This document shows positions 27,979-40,461 of a stretch of 64,000 nucleotides of DNA, in pieces. The stretch comes from Chrysomallon squamiferum. Lineage: Eukaryota; Animalia; Mollusca. The stretch lies in assembly GCA_012295275.1 (NCBI GenBank), contig CM022671.1, forward strand, positions 12,400,001 to 12,464,000. The letters are read 5' to 3'. Made by a program: the position numbers and the translations under genes. How positions within the stretch are numbered: position 1 is the first letter of the stretch; the number at the start of each line of letters is the position of its first letter. Below the pieces are notes generated by a model that searched no databases, was not told the origin of the DNA, and was given only the letters and a program-made list of their open reading frames with translations.

Positions 27979-28656
27979 GGATTTTTAAAGTTGGTCTATT
28001 ATTAATACTATTAGTAATAGTATTAACACTTTATTAGTAATTTAGTTTATGTAATACCCAGTACAACGTTTACGTTATTTTACTTCAAGTGTTGTGAATA
28101 TATAAAGTAACATGATGATTGCTTTAGTAGTTTAGATTTTAACTAATTGTTTTCCAAAGATGTTATTTATTTCCAAAGTATTTGTCACAAGATGAGCCAA
28201 GTCAAACGTAAAATATCCGTAAAATTAAAATTATTAATTTAATTTTAGCTTTTAATTTGATCACCTGCAAATTTTATCGTTACAAGGAAGTATTTTTCTA
28301 AACTTTCTACCAAATCCAATGGTTAAAATGTTATTGCTGAAATCAGTATATGAATTTATTTACATTCTGACATATTCATACTCTTTATTCCTGAGGTTTT
28401 ATTTTTTTATTATTATTATTATTTTTATTCATCTATTTTGTTTATTATGTTTATTGCTAAATTTTTATTTTATTTTCTGAAAATAGTATTTTATTTTTCT
28501 AAAATCACATCCAAACAATAACAGAACCATATTACATTAATCTTCTTTTTTTGCCTTTCTTATTTTACAGTAGAATAAGATAAAAACCACAGCTGCATGC
28601 TGTGTGAAAAGAGATTACAGTCATTATAATCTATTTGTATTTTCCGTCTGAAGATT

Positions 28657-31600
28657 ATGGCTGATGTAAATACAGATACAAAGTATTGCAGTAACTGGTA
28701 AGTGGCTGAACTTGTACTGGTGATAATTAATGAAATTTTTGTTTTGAAATTAAGAAAAATATTTAAATTATCTAAGTTTAGCATCTCTGTTATAGTCACA
28801 GTTAAGATATGATAGTAAATAAACTTTAATAGGAGGGTTGCTTGTGACACAGCAAAAGTGTGTCCTTACAGACAGAAAAAACAGCATTGTTAATTAAAAA
28901 GAAATTGAAAGCAAAAATGATAACATGATGTATATTTTAAACAGTACTGAATGATTAATTATCATTATGTGTGAAAACTAGAGTTAATTTCATTGTATAC
29001 ATTTTTAAAATAATTTTTGTTTGCTTTCTGGATATTTTCAATATGATTGTTTTGCAAATATCTATCTATCTATCAGTCAATTGATTGATTGATTGTTTGT
29101 TTGTCAGTAAAAAAGATATAGCTGCTGCAAACTTTGTGATGCATGAAATGCACTGTCGCCGTCATATTGTCTTGTGTGAACACTGTCAGGAGGCAGTTCC
29201 CAAGAGTGAGCTTGACCAGCATTTCAGTGATCATCATGCCACTGTCAGCTGTGAAGTATGTGGAGAACTGGTGGAGAAAAATAAATTACAGCATCACATT
29301 GTAATACAATTTATTTTATTATATTATTTTTTTATTTTAATTGTTACATAATTTAATCAGAAAATGGTATTTTTCTAAACTTAACAGTTTATATTTTTAT
29401 TGTAACAAAAAGAAAATTATATTAAAAGCTTTCCTGGAATGTATTAAATTTGCATATCCATGTTTGATGTATAAGTACTGGTATTATTGTGCAAGTTAAT
29501 TTTATATAAATTTATAAAGTTGTTAGTTGTTGATAAATGGGATGTAAGTATATTTTGTCTAATAAAATAGAAAGATAAAAGTAGAAAAGAAACATTAAAA
29601 GGTTTTCCTGTCATTTGTTAATTCATGTGTGCATGATGGACATAAATATGTCTTATAAATTAATGTTAGACATGTTTATAGAATTAGTTATTAGTTGATA
29701 AATGGAAACCCTCTTGTTTTAGGATGTGTTGTGTAGTAAGAAACCAGCTCAGTGTTCATATTGTGAGTTAGAAGTACCACAGTGTGATCTGGATTCTCAC
29801 ATGGATTACTGTGGAACCCGCACTGAACCATGTCACCTCTGTGGTCAGTTCATCATGTTGAAGGACCAACTTCAACATGAGAGCAGTGGATGTTGCTATC
29901 CAGCTGCTAAACCACAGGAGAATGGTCTTACTGGTTCAAGAAATGACCATCCTTTCATGGATAACTTTCAGTATTCTGATAGTCCATTTCACCCATTTGC
30001 GTTTGGAGAAATCAGTAGAATTTTAGAACAGTCTCGTATAGATATGCCTGAACTGAGGAGAGATCCTTCTAATTCAAGTCAGACACATTTGAGGTCATTA
30101 AGCTCACCGACCTCAAGACCTGTAGATCACATGAGAAATGATACAAGTGTGAGGAAAAGCACAACCAACAGAAAATCTGAATTAAACAAGAAAAGAGAGA
30201 GAGGTAATTCTCTGTGTTGGTGATGTGTAATTAAACTTTTATTTCAGTGATTTTTGTTTCTCATGTGTATTTTATTTAAATGATTAAAAAGTGAAATGAT
30301 GGTATTTTGCCAATATTAGAATTACATGACTAATAAATATGATTATTTGTATTGGTATACTTATTACCATTCATATAGAGTGATATCTTGACTTACGAGT
30401 TTAATTCATTCCATGACTGAGCTTGTATCTCAGTTGGCTCATATATCAAATCAGTCTTCACAATTGAAATTAAATGAAATACCATTAATCCATTCCAGCC
30501 CCTCAAAAACAACCCTATTTTTTTTTTGTGTAACATATTTTTAAATAAGAAAAATGTATTTATAAATGACAAATATTATATAAAAACAAAATAAAAGAGA
30601 ATATAAATAAATAAATTGGTTTTGTAAAGTTATTTATGTTGGAGATTAGAAAAATTATTTTAATGCCTTTGGCTGGAGTTACAGTCTTTATTGACTCCTT
30701 CAGCTTCAGTATGGTACATATTGTAGACGTACTACCCTTGTACTGCCTAGCCAAGTCGACTACATGCACACCTTGCTCATGTTTTTCTATGAATTCAAGC
30801 TTTAATTCAATGGACATCATCCGCTTTTTCTTCTCGTGGCAGTGTATCTGAAGCTCGCTTGTAACTCGGATTTTGGCTCACAACTCAAAGCAAAAAATTG
30901 CCTGTGCAACTGCTTATAATTTGAAAAACTTGCATGTTGGGGCACTCGTAAATCAAGGTACCATGTATATGTGTGTTTGTTGCTGTACTTGTATGTATAT
31001 ACATTTATTTGTTTGTATCATCTAATTACCGAACTGATGTTATATACTTTTTTATTTCATATTTTGAATTCACCATTTTTAGAAACTGGCAGACAGATGG
31101 TAGATGATCAGGATGAGATTAATGATAGACTTCTCGCATTACAACTAGCACAGGACCTAGATTCAACTGAAGATCTCACTGAGCTGATAAAAAATTTTGA
31201 AAAACACAATTCTGTTTCTCAACCAGAGTTGCCAAGTGCAGCAATGGATCTCAACAGTTTCCCAGATGGTAAGATTTTTATAAAACTGAACCTTCCTGTA
31301 GAAAGCCAAAACAAAATACATCATATTGCAAAGTCATTCCTTTTAGGTGATAATTATAATTTTAAACACAGAAATAAGTCCGACGATAATCATTTGTTCC
31401 AGTTAATATCAGATTTGTTTCTATCGTTTACATTCGTTGTCATTATAAACATTAGAAAAGAATGCAGCTTAACATTTTTAAAAAAAAATAAAATAAAATT
31501 TAGCTTAGAAAATAACTAATGCATTATTTATTTTAAGTTTCTGAATTTGAAACTTTGTTTTTTAAATAGATCTAAATATAGTCATCAAACATATAGATTT

Positions 31601-34600
31601 TTGTTTTTTCCTAGATGAAGTTCTAATGCCATGTGAATTTTGTGATGAGCTATTTACAGCAGACACATTAGTTCAGCATCAGGTAAGTTGTTCACAAATA
31701 CGTATTTTATAAAAGTACAAAGTAATTCTTCATGTCATGTTCTTATATTTCAACTAAATAGCAGCCAGAAAAACAATATTTTATATCTTTAACATTGGAG
31801 CATACTTATGAATGACAATTATTTAAAAATTGAAATGCCTATAATCAGTTATGCTTTTGAAGAACCTTAGATTCCAGGTGCAAACATTTTTATATTTCAA
31901 TATTATTATTTTAATTTTCAGTTGCTTTGATTTGAACATTTTAATATTGGTCATTATTGCCTGGTTTAAATTGACTATAAGTTTTCTTAAAGTTTGGTTT
32001 TTATTATTATGCTTCTCATTTTCTTCATTCTTCTCTTCTTGTTGTGTGTAAATTATTGTTTAAAGATGTTGTTAAATTTTTATGTCTTAGAGTGGATGTG
32101 ATCCTCTGCTATCTGGTTCATGGGCAGATGTAAGTCCTTTATCAGAAAGTCGCAACAATGAACATGTCAACACAAATCAACAAGCATTCACTTCAATACC
32201 AGTAATCAACAACCTGGAGAGAGACTCTTCCCCAGTAATAAGAGAAATCCCCATCATGAAAGAATGGTATGCACATCACTAATGTCTTAATTATTGTCTG
32301 TAAAAACATATTCACTGGTATTACTGAAATGTTAGTGTACCAAACAAAGTTGGAGGGGCAAAATTTGTTAACTTAATTGTTAACAAATTTTTTATTCTGT
32401 CCTACCATGGCATTTCTAGTTTACAAACAAAGAAAAAAGTGATACCCAATAAACATAATACTGACTTCATCACATGATATTGCGTTCTCAGTATTTATGG
32501 GAAGGGCATGGATACAAATCATGCAGGGCAGCTTAAGGTGTTTCAATTGAATATTGTTTAACTTGAACAGTTTAGCTAGTACTATGATGTTCACTTGAGT
32601 ATAATTTACTGTACTGACATTTTGATGACCATTAATTACAATTATAATTATGTACAGATATGTTTAGAGTAAGTGGTACATGAAACAAGTATTATTGAAT
32701 GTTTTCTTGCAGATTAACCCTGAAGACTGTTTATTTTTCAAATTTTTTTGACGAAATATTGTTGTTCTGTTATTTCAAATACATCTTTTATCATTGTATG
32801 TTAATTTGTAGGGAACCTTTGGATAACACTACATATGTTAATAATGAAAACAATGAACAAACTGTGATGTTACCTTGTGAGTTTTGTGAAGAACTTATAC
32901 CTGGTGATTTTCTTGTCCAACATCAGGTAAAAAGTTATATTAATATACTGATAAAATATATTTATGTGTGAAACAGTGATAATCATATAATTAATCACTG
33001 ATGTTTCATATAAATGTAGCAGGAAGGGATATTTTCAAATGACTAAATATCTTTTGTTTATAAATTTATATCAGAAACAGAGTTAAAAATAAAATAAATA
33101 AAAATAATACAGTAACAGCTGCATTGACACTTACATTTAAGAAATCAAAGTATCTCTAAAAGTTTAACATTTTTAAGAATGCTGAAATATAGTTATTACA
33201 TTATTCATATCCTCTTTAATTAGAAGCAAAATAAATTTCTTTTCAACTTCTGTTTCAGTCAGTTTGTGATGCTAATCTTGCCCTGACACCAAGAGCTACC
33301 ACCCCAGCTGTTTCAAAACCTCCAAAACAGAAAAACACACATAATAACCATGAAAAACCAAAAAACATTCTAAGATCACCCAAACACCAGGAAAACCCGT
33401 TTGTTTCACCATGTGTTGATTTTAGTGATGACGAGAACAGAGATTTCCACACAACTGGTTTTAATGATACTAGACCAGAACTGTTGACTCCAGCGTCCAC
33501 TAAGTATGGTGTCCCAGCAGACAGATTTGACAGTTACCTTACTCGTCCCTCCAGATCTGACCCTCATGTTCAAGGCCGTGTCCGAAGCAGTGAGAATAGA
33601 GCTCCACAAGTAACAACAAGAAAAGACACTGCATCGCGTACGAGGCAGACCCTACAAAGCCTCATTCAAGATGACATTCCTTCAGGTGACATTGACTATT
33701 TGGCCACAGTGAATACATCACAGTCAAAAGCACTGAAAAATGAAGATAATTTGGAAAAAAAACGAAAAGTAACAAAAGGTATTTTCAGATTTTTATAGTT
33801 ATTTAGTTATTTTTCCCACTGTTAATTTGGGATACGTTTTACAGGTTTTAAATTTTGTAAACAAAAGACTATTTACATTTAAGGATAAAAAATAGAAATA
33901 AAAATTCAGAGCAAAACCAACCATGGTTTTTCTAGAAAATTAATAAAATAGCTATGTACTAGTATTTGTATTGTAAATCTACATTTTCATATTTTTCAGC
34001 AGTTTTTAAGAGAGGTGGTGCCAGTGGAAGCAATGTGTTGCCAGCTGCACGAGTAAGAAACCAGACTTATTCTGAACAGAGGACAGCAGAAAGACCAGCA
34101 CATGCTAGAGGAAATAGACAGAGGTAAGTATTTTAAAATCAAATACTGTAATTAGTAATATCAATTTGCACATCCATTTTAAACATTTTGAAGTGTGCAG
34201 TTTGGGTTATTACAGAGGAATAATGGTATGTAGTCTATTTATTTTTTAAATAAATAATTAGACATAAATTAGCTTTCCTTATTAAGTTTTAATAATTATT
34301 TGACAACATGTTCTTCGGATCATGTGACTTATTTTCTTTTTCTTTCTTTGTAAATTTGGTCAGCTCTCCTTGGTACACAGTGTAATGACAATGATTGAAA
34401 GACAAGAGCTATGTTTGATCAATGCTTTTTATGGTAAAAATATTAAATACATGAGACATTTTTAATGTTAATAGTTTTATTTTGGATTCAATACAGAGCC
34501 AAAAAAATAATATTAAAAATAATTTACTTACTTCAGATTTATTTAACAGTCATTATAGTAATGCAAATTATAAATTTGACATTGCTATTTGCCCAGTACA

Positions 34601-35319
34601 AAATGTAATTCTATCTTTGAAAAAATAAACAGAGCAATGTGAACAAAAAATATGTTTACATGGATATTAATCTAAGATAGCCCTCTATTGTTTTATTGCA
34701 TATTTTTAATTCTCACAGGGCATCAATATGTCTGTTTTTGTCATATAAATTTGGTTGATAATTGTAATAGCTTTCAACGCTCATTGTAATGAAAAATTAT
34801 ATAGCACTCATTGATCTTGTATTCTTTGCTTTGAAGCTGTGCTATAAATAGTTTTGTGCTTACATTCTCTTGGGATAAAATGATTTGTAACAAAATCTGG
34901 CTGAAATTGTCCTTAAGCAGAGAATGGATTTTAATACTTAAAGGCTTAAAATGAAGTATGAATTTATTAATTACAGTCAGATATCATTAATCTTATAAAA
35001 ACAATAATTAAATTATACTAAACTCCTACCACAGATTGGAAACTAATATTTAAATTTTTTTGAAATGCATTAAAAAAAATAGTTTTTTTTTCTAGATTGT
35101 TCAGTGCTGAAATGAATTCTTTTTTTTGTGTTTCATGCTCGAAATAATTTTTTAATAATTGAAATTTACATAGATTTTTAAAACATATTTTTCAGACAGC
35201 CTAACAGTAATCTACTTGAGAATCCTCCATTTCAAACTTACCAGAGTGCACGTGGGCGTCAGCGGACAGGAAATCAGATTTTTAATCCCTCAACTCGAGG
35301 AAATAATTCACACAAATAA
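28657..35319 (+). CDS. TRAFD1: TRAF-type zinc finger domain-containing protein 1 / XAF1-like, about 675 aa
   Basis: Exons 28657-28697, 29108-29300, 29723-30203, 31083-31268, 31615-31682, 32091-32266, 32812-32926, 33259-33778, 34000-34123 and 35196-35319 (2028 nt). N-terminal TRAF-type fingers CSNCKKDIAAANFVMHEMHCRRHIVLCEHC...HMDYCGTRTEPCHLC and two PCEFC-x10-HQ-x2-C fingers. It could be pro-orthologous to both vertebrate TRAFD1 and XAF1. Confidence 0.85.
30378..30965 (-). mobile_element. Tigger/pogo-family DNA transposon, internally deleted non-autonomous copy in a TRAFD1 intron
   Basis: Imperfect TIRs GAGTGATATCTTGACTTACGAGT (30378-30400) and ACTCGTAAATCAAGGTACCATG (30944-30965), flanked by TA. 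The minus-strand ORF 30560-30820 (MMSIELKLEFIEKHEQGVHVVDLARQYKGSTSTICTILKLKESIK) is a CENP-B-type N-terminal HTH. Confidence 0.85.
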
Positions 35320-38300
35320 GTTTGTAATTTTTCACTTTTATTAATTACCAATAGCTTTAGTTAAAAACCTTAAGATGGATATTATTCTCCTCAGATTGTC
35401 TATCCATAAGAGGGGCTTTAAGTTCACCGTTATTGATTAGAAGATGGTTTTCTGTACAATTATGTTAAACCAATTTTAAGCAGAATCCAAAATCACGTGG
35501 ATGGAAAAGGAATACCATTTGTTCTGTTTAACTGAATGTAATGTTTATTATTACCTGTTAATAGACTAATGGTCACTTTGGTTTCAATTAACAGACATTA
35601 ATTGTATATTTTAAACCTTTTTATGTAGCTTATTATAAGAAAAAGAAAATAAATACAAAAAAAAAAAAAAAAAAAAAAATGAAACAACATAACAAATATA
35701 TAAAATAATTATCAAAAGTGAAAGTAAATGTATTTTTTAAAAATGATATAAGGTCTATTTAAAGAGTATAGCATACTTTGTGCCCTATATTGCTCAAAAT
35801 TTACAGTTCTGTTTAGGGTTTTTCTTTTTCTTAATTTCTGTACGTACTAAAAAATCTGATATAATTTGATTACTTGATGAACAGTATAAAATTTAATGAT
35901 TATTATTTTTATATACACACAATACTTTTTATCTGCCTCATTTTTTTTAATTTTTTTTTGGATTTGTTGATGATAAAAATCATAACTGTAGATATCATTT
36001 ATGGCAGCAGTTTATTGTAATGATATATTTTTATCACATGGAATAATCATGTTATGGTACAAAAAAAAAAAAAAATTTGTTTTATTTAGTTATTTTATTG
36101 ACATTTGACTTTTTGACAGCATTCTTTAGTTAAAATTTGATTTGGATAAGATAATATCTGATTTAAAGTGGAAATGGACATATGTTAAGGTGAAAAGGTA
36201 TTATTTAGATTTACATTTGTATTGGATAATATTCCTTTCTTTAAATTTTAGTTTCAGTTTTAAATAATTATATCACAAGCAAAGTCACATAATTCTTTTG
36301 TCACAGAATTATCAATTTTTTTTATTTGAATTAGAAATATTTTCATTCCATGTTTCTTTGGACAAAGAGTTTGATTTCTGATGACATGTGAGATTTTTAG
36401 CCGGAAATTGTAGCACAATGGTTTGAAGTACTCTCCAGTAGTATCTTAAGTTATTTTGTTCAGCTATTTCATTTTTGATTTAAACTACCAATTTTATTCT
36501 TGCTGATTTAGAGTTTCAAATTTTTGTTATACTGTACAGATTGATGCTGTGTGTGCTTATGTATACATTTTTTTTTTTTTTTTTAATTGTAATATTATCA
36601 TTGTAACTTTGTACAGCTATTTGTGGTACATATTTATTATTACTCTGGTCTAAACTTTGTCTCATTCACTGTGTGTACTGAATGATATCCTTTAAGATAT
36701 GAGACAAACCCTTATTATTTGTTAAATACTACAGAAAACCACAGAAAATTATTTTTCCAGACAAATTTGTCACTGATTACTTTCTGCAATAGGATTATCC
36801 TTGTGTTTGTGTGTCTCAGATTAATAACCATGTAAACATGTATGATAATTGTGTTAAATCATTAGAAAATGTAAATGCTGACTAAATATATTTATGGGAA
36901 CTTTGTTTTTGTATGAATAACTGTGTCTATATAAAAATAAATAAACAGCTGTATGCAATTTGAACTGTATGAAAATTGTATATTTTTATAGCATAATGTT
37001 GGAAATGTTACATTTATAATAATATATAATAAAGAATATGATAAAATATTTGTAATGTTATCATTTCTTTCATTTTTTCAGAATTTTTTTATTTTTTATC
37101 ATTAATTTTTGTTAATATATTCTTAGAAGGAAAAATACTAAATGTGTCTTTAGAATATTATATAAAGCAGACAAAAGTGGAGATGCCAAAATTTAGCAGA
37201 ATCTATGCCAAAGTTGTATTGAGAAAGTAAATCATGGAAGCTGGCTGTATCAAACAAACGTAAAACACACACAAATATATAACATGTACACATATATACC
37301 CACATATAATACTGTAAAACATGAAATTCATTCAGTTCAGTTTATACAAAAAATGCATTTATGCCACTGATGAATTAATCTGACAACATTAAATTTGTTA
37401 AATAGGCCTAAAATTAACAAAGTGAAGAAATACATGAATCTATGGACAAGAGTTTATTTCACATAACGTTAAGTACTACATTAATTCAGTAAGTGTAATC
37501 AAACTGTTCTTGTTTTGGGTTTTTCCATTCGTGAGCACAGTTAAAAGTCATAATAATTAAGTAGTCAGAAAACACAAGGTTCCTCTGAATAATTTTTACC
37601 CAGTCAGCTTAACTGTTAAGGATACTGAGAACTAGTACCAGCAGTCCAACATTTTCACACTGGAATAGCATTCATAGATAATTATCAATAACAGCAGCAA
37701 CAAAACAATTTATTACTTCAAAAGGGTCATATTTCTTAAAAGGAGTCAAGAAGATAATTAAATTATGTCTTATTTGAAGGAATAATGTATTTTCTGAATA
37801 GAAAATTTTAGACTGATTAGTACGAGTATTTTATGCTAGCTGGAGAAACAAAAAAAGAAAAAATATGTATTGTTGTTGTTATGTAATACAGGCATTTGTT
37901 GTAGTGTTGTGTGGGTGTAGTATTTATTACATGCATTAATTTCATTTTTAAATTATATCACACACACACACACACACACACACAGACATATACAAATATA
38001 CACAGCCTTTCTTGCCTACATTTTTTGATGATTCAATTTGTTTTGTTTTTTTAATATCAAACATCAAATTTATAGAAGTTCTGGAGAGAACAAATGCTAG
38101 AATATTCAATGATCTTTTGACTTCATACTGGTTCTAGTGACCTTCCATCCTCTTCCCAGATATAACCATTCTTTATAAAGAATACTTATTCTAATTTCAA
38201 AACACTTAAAATATTTTTAAAATAGCATTACAATGAAAACAATTTTACTTTATATAGAAACTCCAATGAATAGTTATATTACAGTTAATATAATTTTTTG

Positions 38301-40461
38301 TAAATAAGTTTCCAGTCTTTGTCACAGTAAAATCAGTTTTGAAAAAGTGTCCATATTAAGAATAAACAATAAAAAATAAATATATAAAAAAGTTGAAATA
38401 AATAAGAAGTAGAAAATAATTATGTTAATAGTAAATTATTTACCTTTATTTTTTATATGTTTGCTACTTAATACAAATCATTATGTTAAAAAGTTTCAAA
38501 TAGTTAAATTATATAAATTATCTGAGCACCGGTTTCAGCTGTTTGACTAAACGTGTACAACTTTAAACTTGCACATATAATCATAAATAAACTAGAATAA
38601 TTTATGTTTGTTTGTATGACGTGGGTTTTAACCACCAGTTGTTAAAATTTTAATATTATTATTTTGTAAACATATAAATTAAGAAAATTTGAAATAATTA
38701 TTTCCAAAATGCAAAACAAAATTATTATTAAAAAACCCACAAAATAAAAAAAATAAAAAAACTGAAACAGTAATGTAAATAATTAAATATAAATAATACT
38801 GGTTTAAAAAAGAAAATGAAAAATAAATTTTTAAAATTAACCAAACCATTTTTCTATTACTGATAGATGAGAATTCCGAATTAATGAATTTATCATTATA
38901 AGCATTAGAAACTTTAAATACTTGACTGACAATTGCAGTAGTCACTATGAAATGATACAAACCCACAGAAAACTAAAATTGTAGAAAGTAAGGATACCTT
39001 TTTGTAATATTATGAACTATAATATATTAATTTTGGAGAAATCATACAACAAATAAAATTTAAAAAAAAGAAAGAAAAAATAATAAAAGCAATTTATTTT
39101 TCCTTGATTTATTATTAATAAAATTACAGTTTACTTATACATCAATTATTGAGCATTTTTAAAAGATATCACTAAGGGAATGTAAGTAGAATTTTATAAC
39201 ACTCATAAATATTAACAGCACAATAAAACCTGAAGTGAAAAAAATGCCACAACACTAATTTTATTCTATATTAAAAAATGCATATGAAATTTTAGTAAAA
39301 GAAATGACACAAAAGTACATTTACAAATAAAAAAATAAAAATAAAAACATAAAATAAAGGTATGGAAGTGGAAATACTAAATAAAATATATTTAATACTT
39401 CATGTTACTGTAACAAGTTCTGAATTTTCATTAACAACACAACAAATACAAATTAAAAAGTGGATCTTATTTCAAAATTTCAGATCCTCACAGCTACATA
39501 CAAAATAACATTTGGTAAATAAAATAATTTCAACAAAACAAACTTGTAAGTTTTTGTAATAGCATTCATTTGCTAATTCTTGTCCACAAGATGATGTACT
39601 CTAGTATTTATCATATATCAGTGGTCACAGATATTACATTTGTTTCAATGTACCTCAATCCATTATTAATAGTTCTTAGAAGTCAGTCATATTGTTTGTT
39701 TTTGTAACGATGACATCTGGGAAAAATTGCACTGATCATCTACTGTCACTATTACCAGTTAAAAATAAAAACTCATTTGTAGGTACTCAGAGATAACACT
39801 ATATATTGCCTTTGATAACCAGCTGTGGTGTATTGCCTGAGACAGGAACTGTTCATTTATTTCAAACTTCAGCTATTCAACAACATAAAACAGCACTGCA
39901 CTTTGTAACATTTTAAATTATTTGACTACATGTAGGGACATAAAATTTTGAAAATGAGGAATGACATTTCAGTCAGCTGTCATCAAATTAACATGAATTT
40001 TAATAATGATCTGCTCCAAATTTTCAAACACAACAACATTACTGATATTCCAATTAAAAGGTTTTCCACTTGTACTTTTTTAATGATTTACAAACATACT
40101 AACATTGCCTTCCTTCTTATGACAAGGATAAAGATAAATAATAAAAAAATAAATTAAAAACTATAAAATGAAGTAAAATAAACAATGCTGAATAACAATA
40201 AAGTAAAAATTTAAATAATTATCACACATTAAATCCAGTACAATTTCTTAGGCATGAAAGACTGCATCACATTTATTTCAACTATAATTTAAACAGTATT
40301 AATATTAATTAATACCTTCAATTTTTATTATTTATATTGTTTAAATATTAGAATTGTTATTCAAATGCTAAAACAAAAGGCACCAATCACTGATATTTCA
40401 CTGTTAATAAAAATTCTTCACCAGTGAATTCCTCTGTGCATTTGACTTTAACACATAAAGT

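Noticed and set aside
35320-40461. Hidden gene between TRAFD1 and TMEM134 (ORFs 38679-38966, 39948-40157)
   Set aside because: Low-complexity AT-rich frames without coherent exons; consistent with long convergent 3'UTRs.
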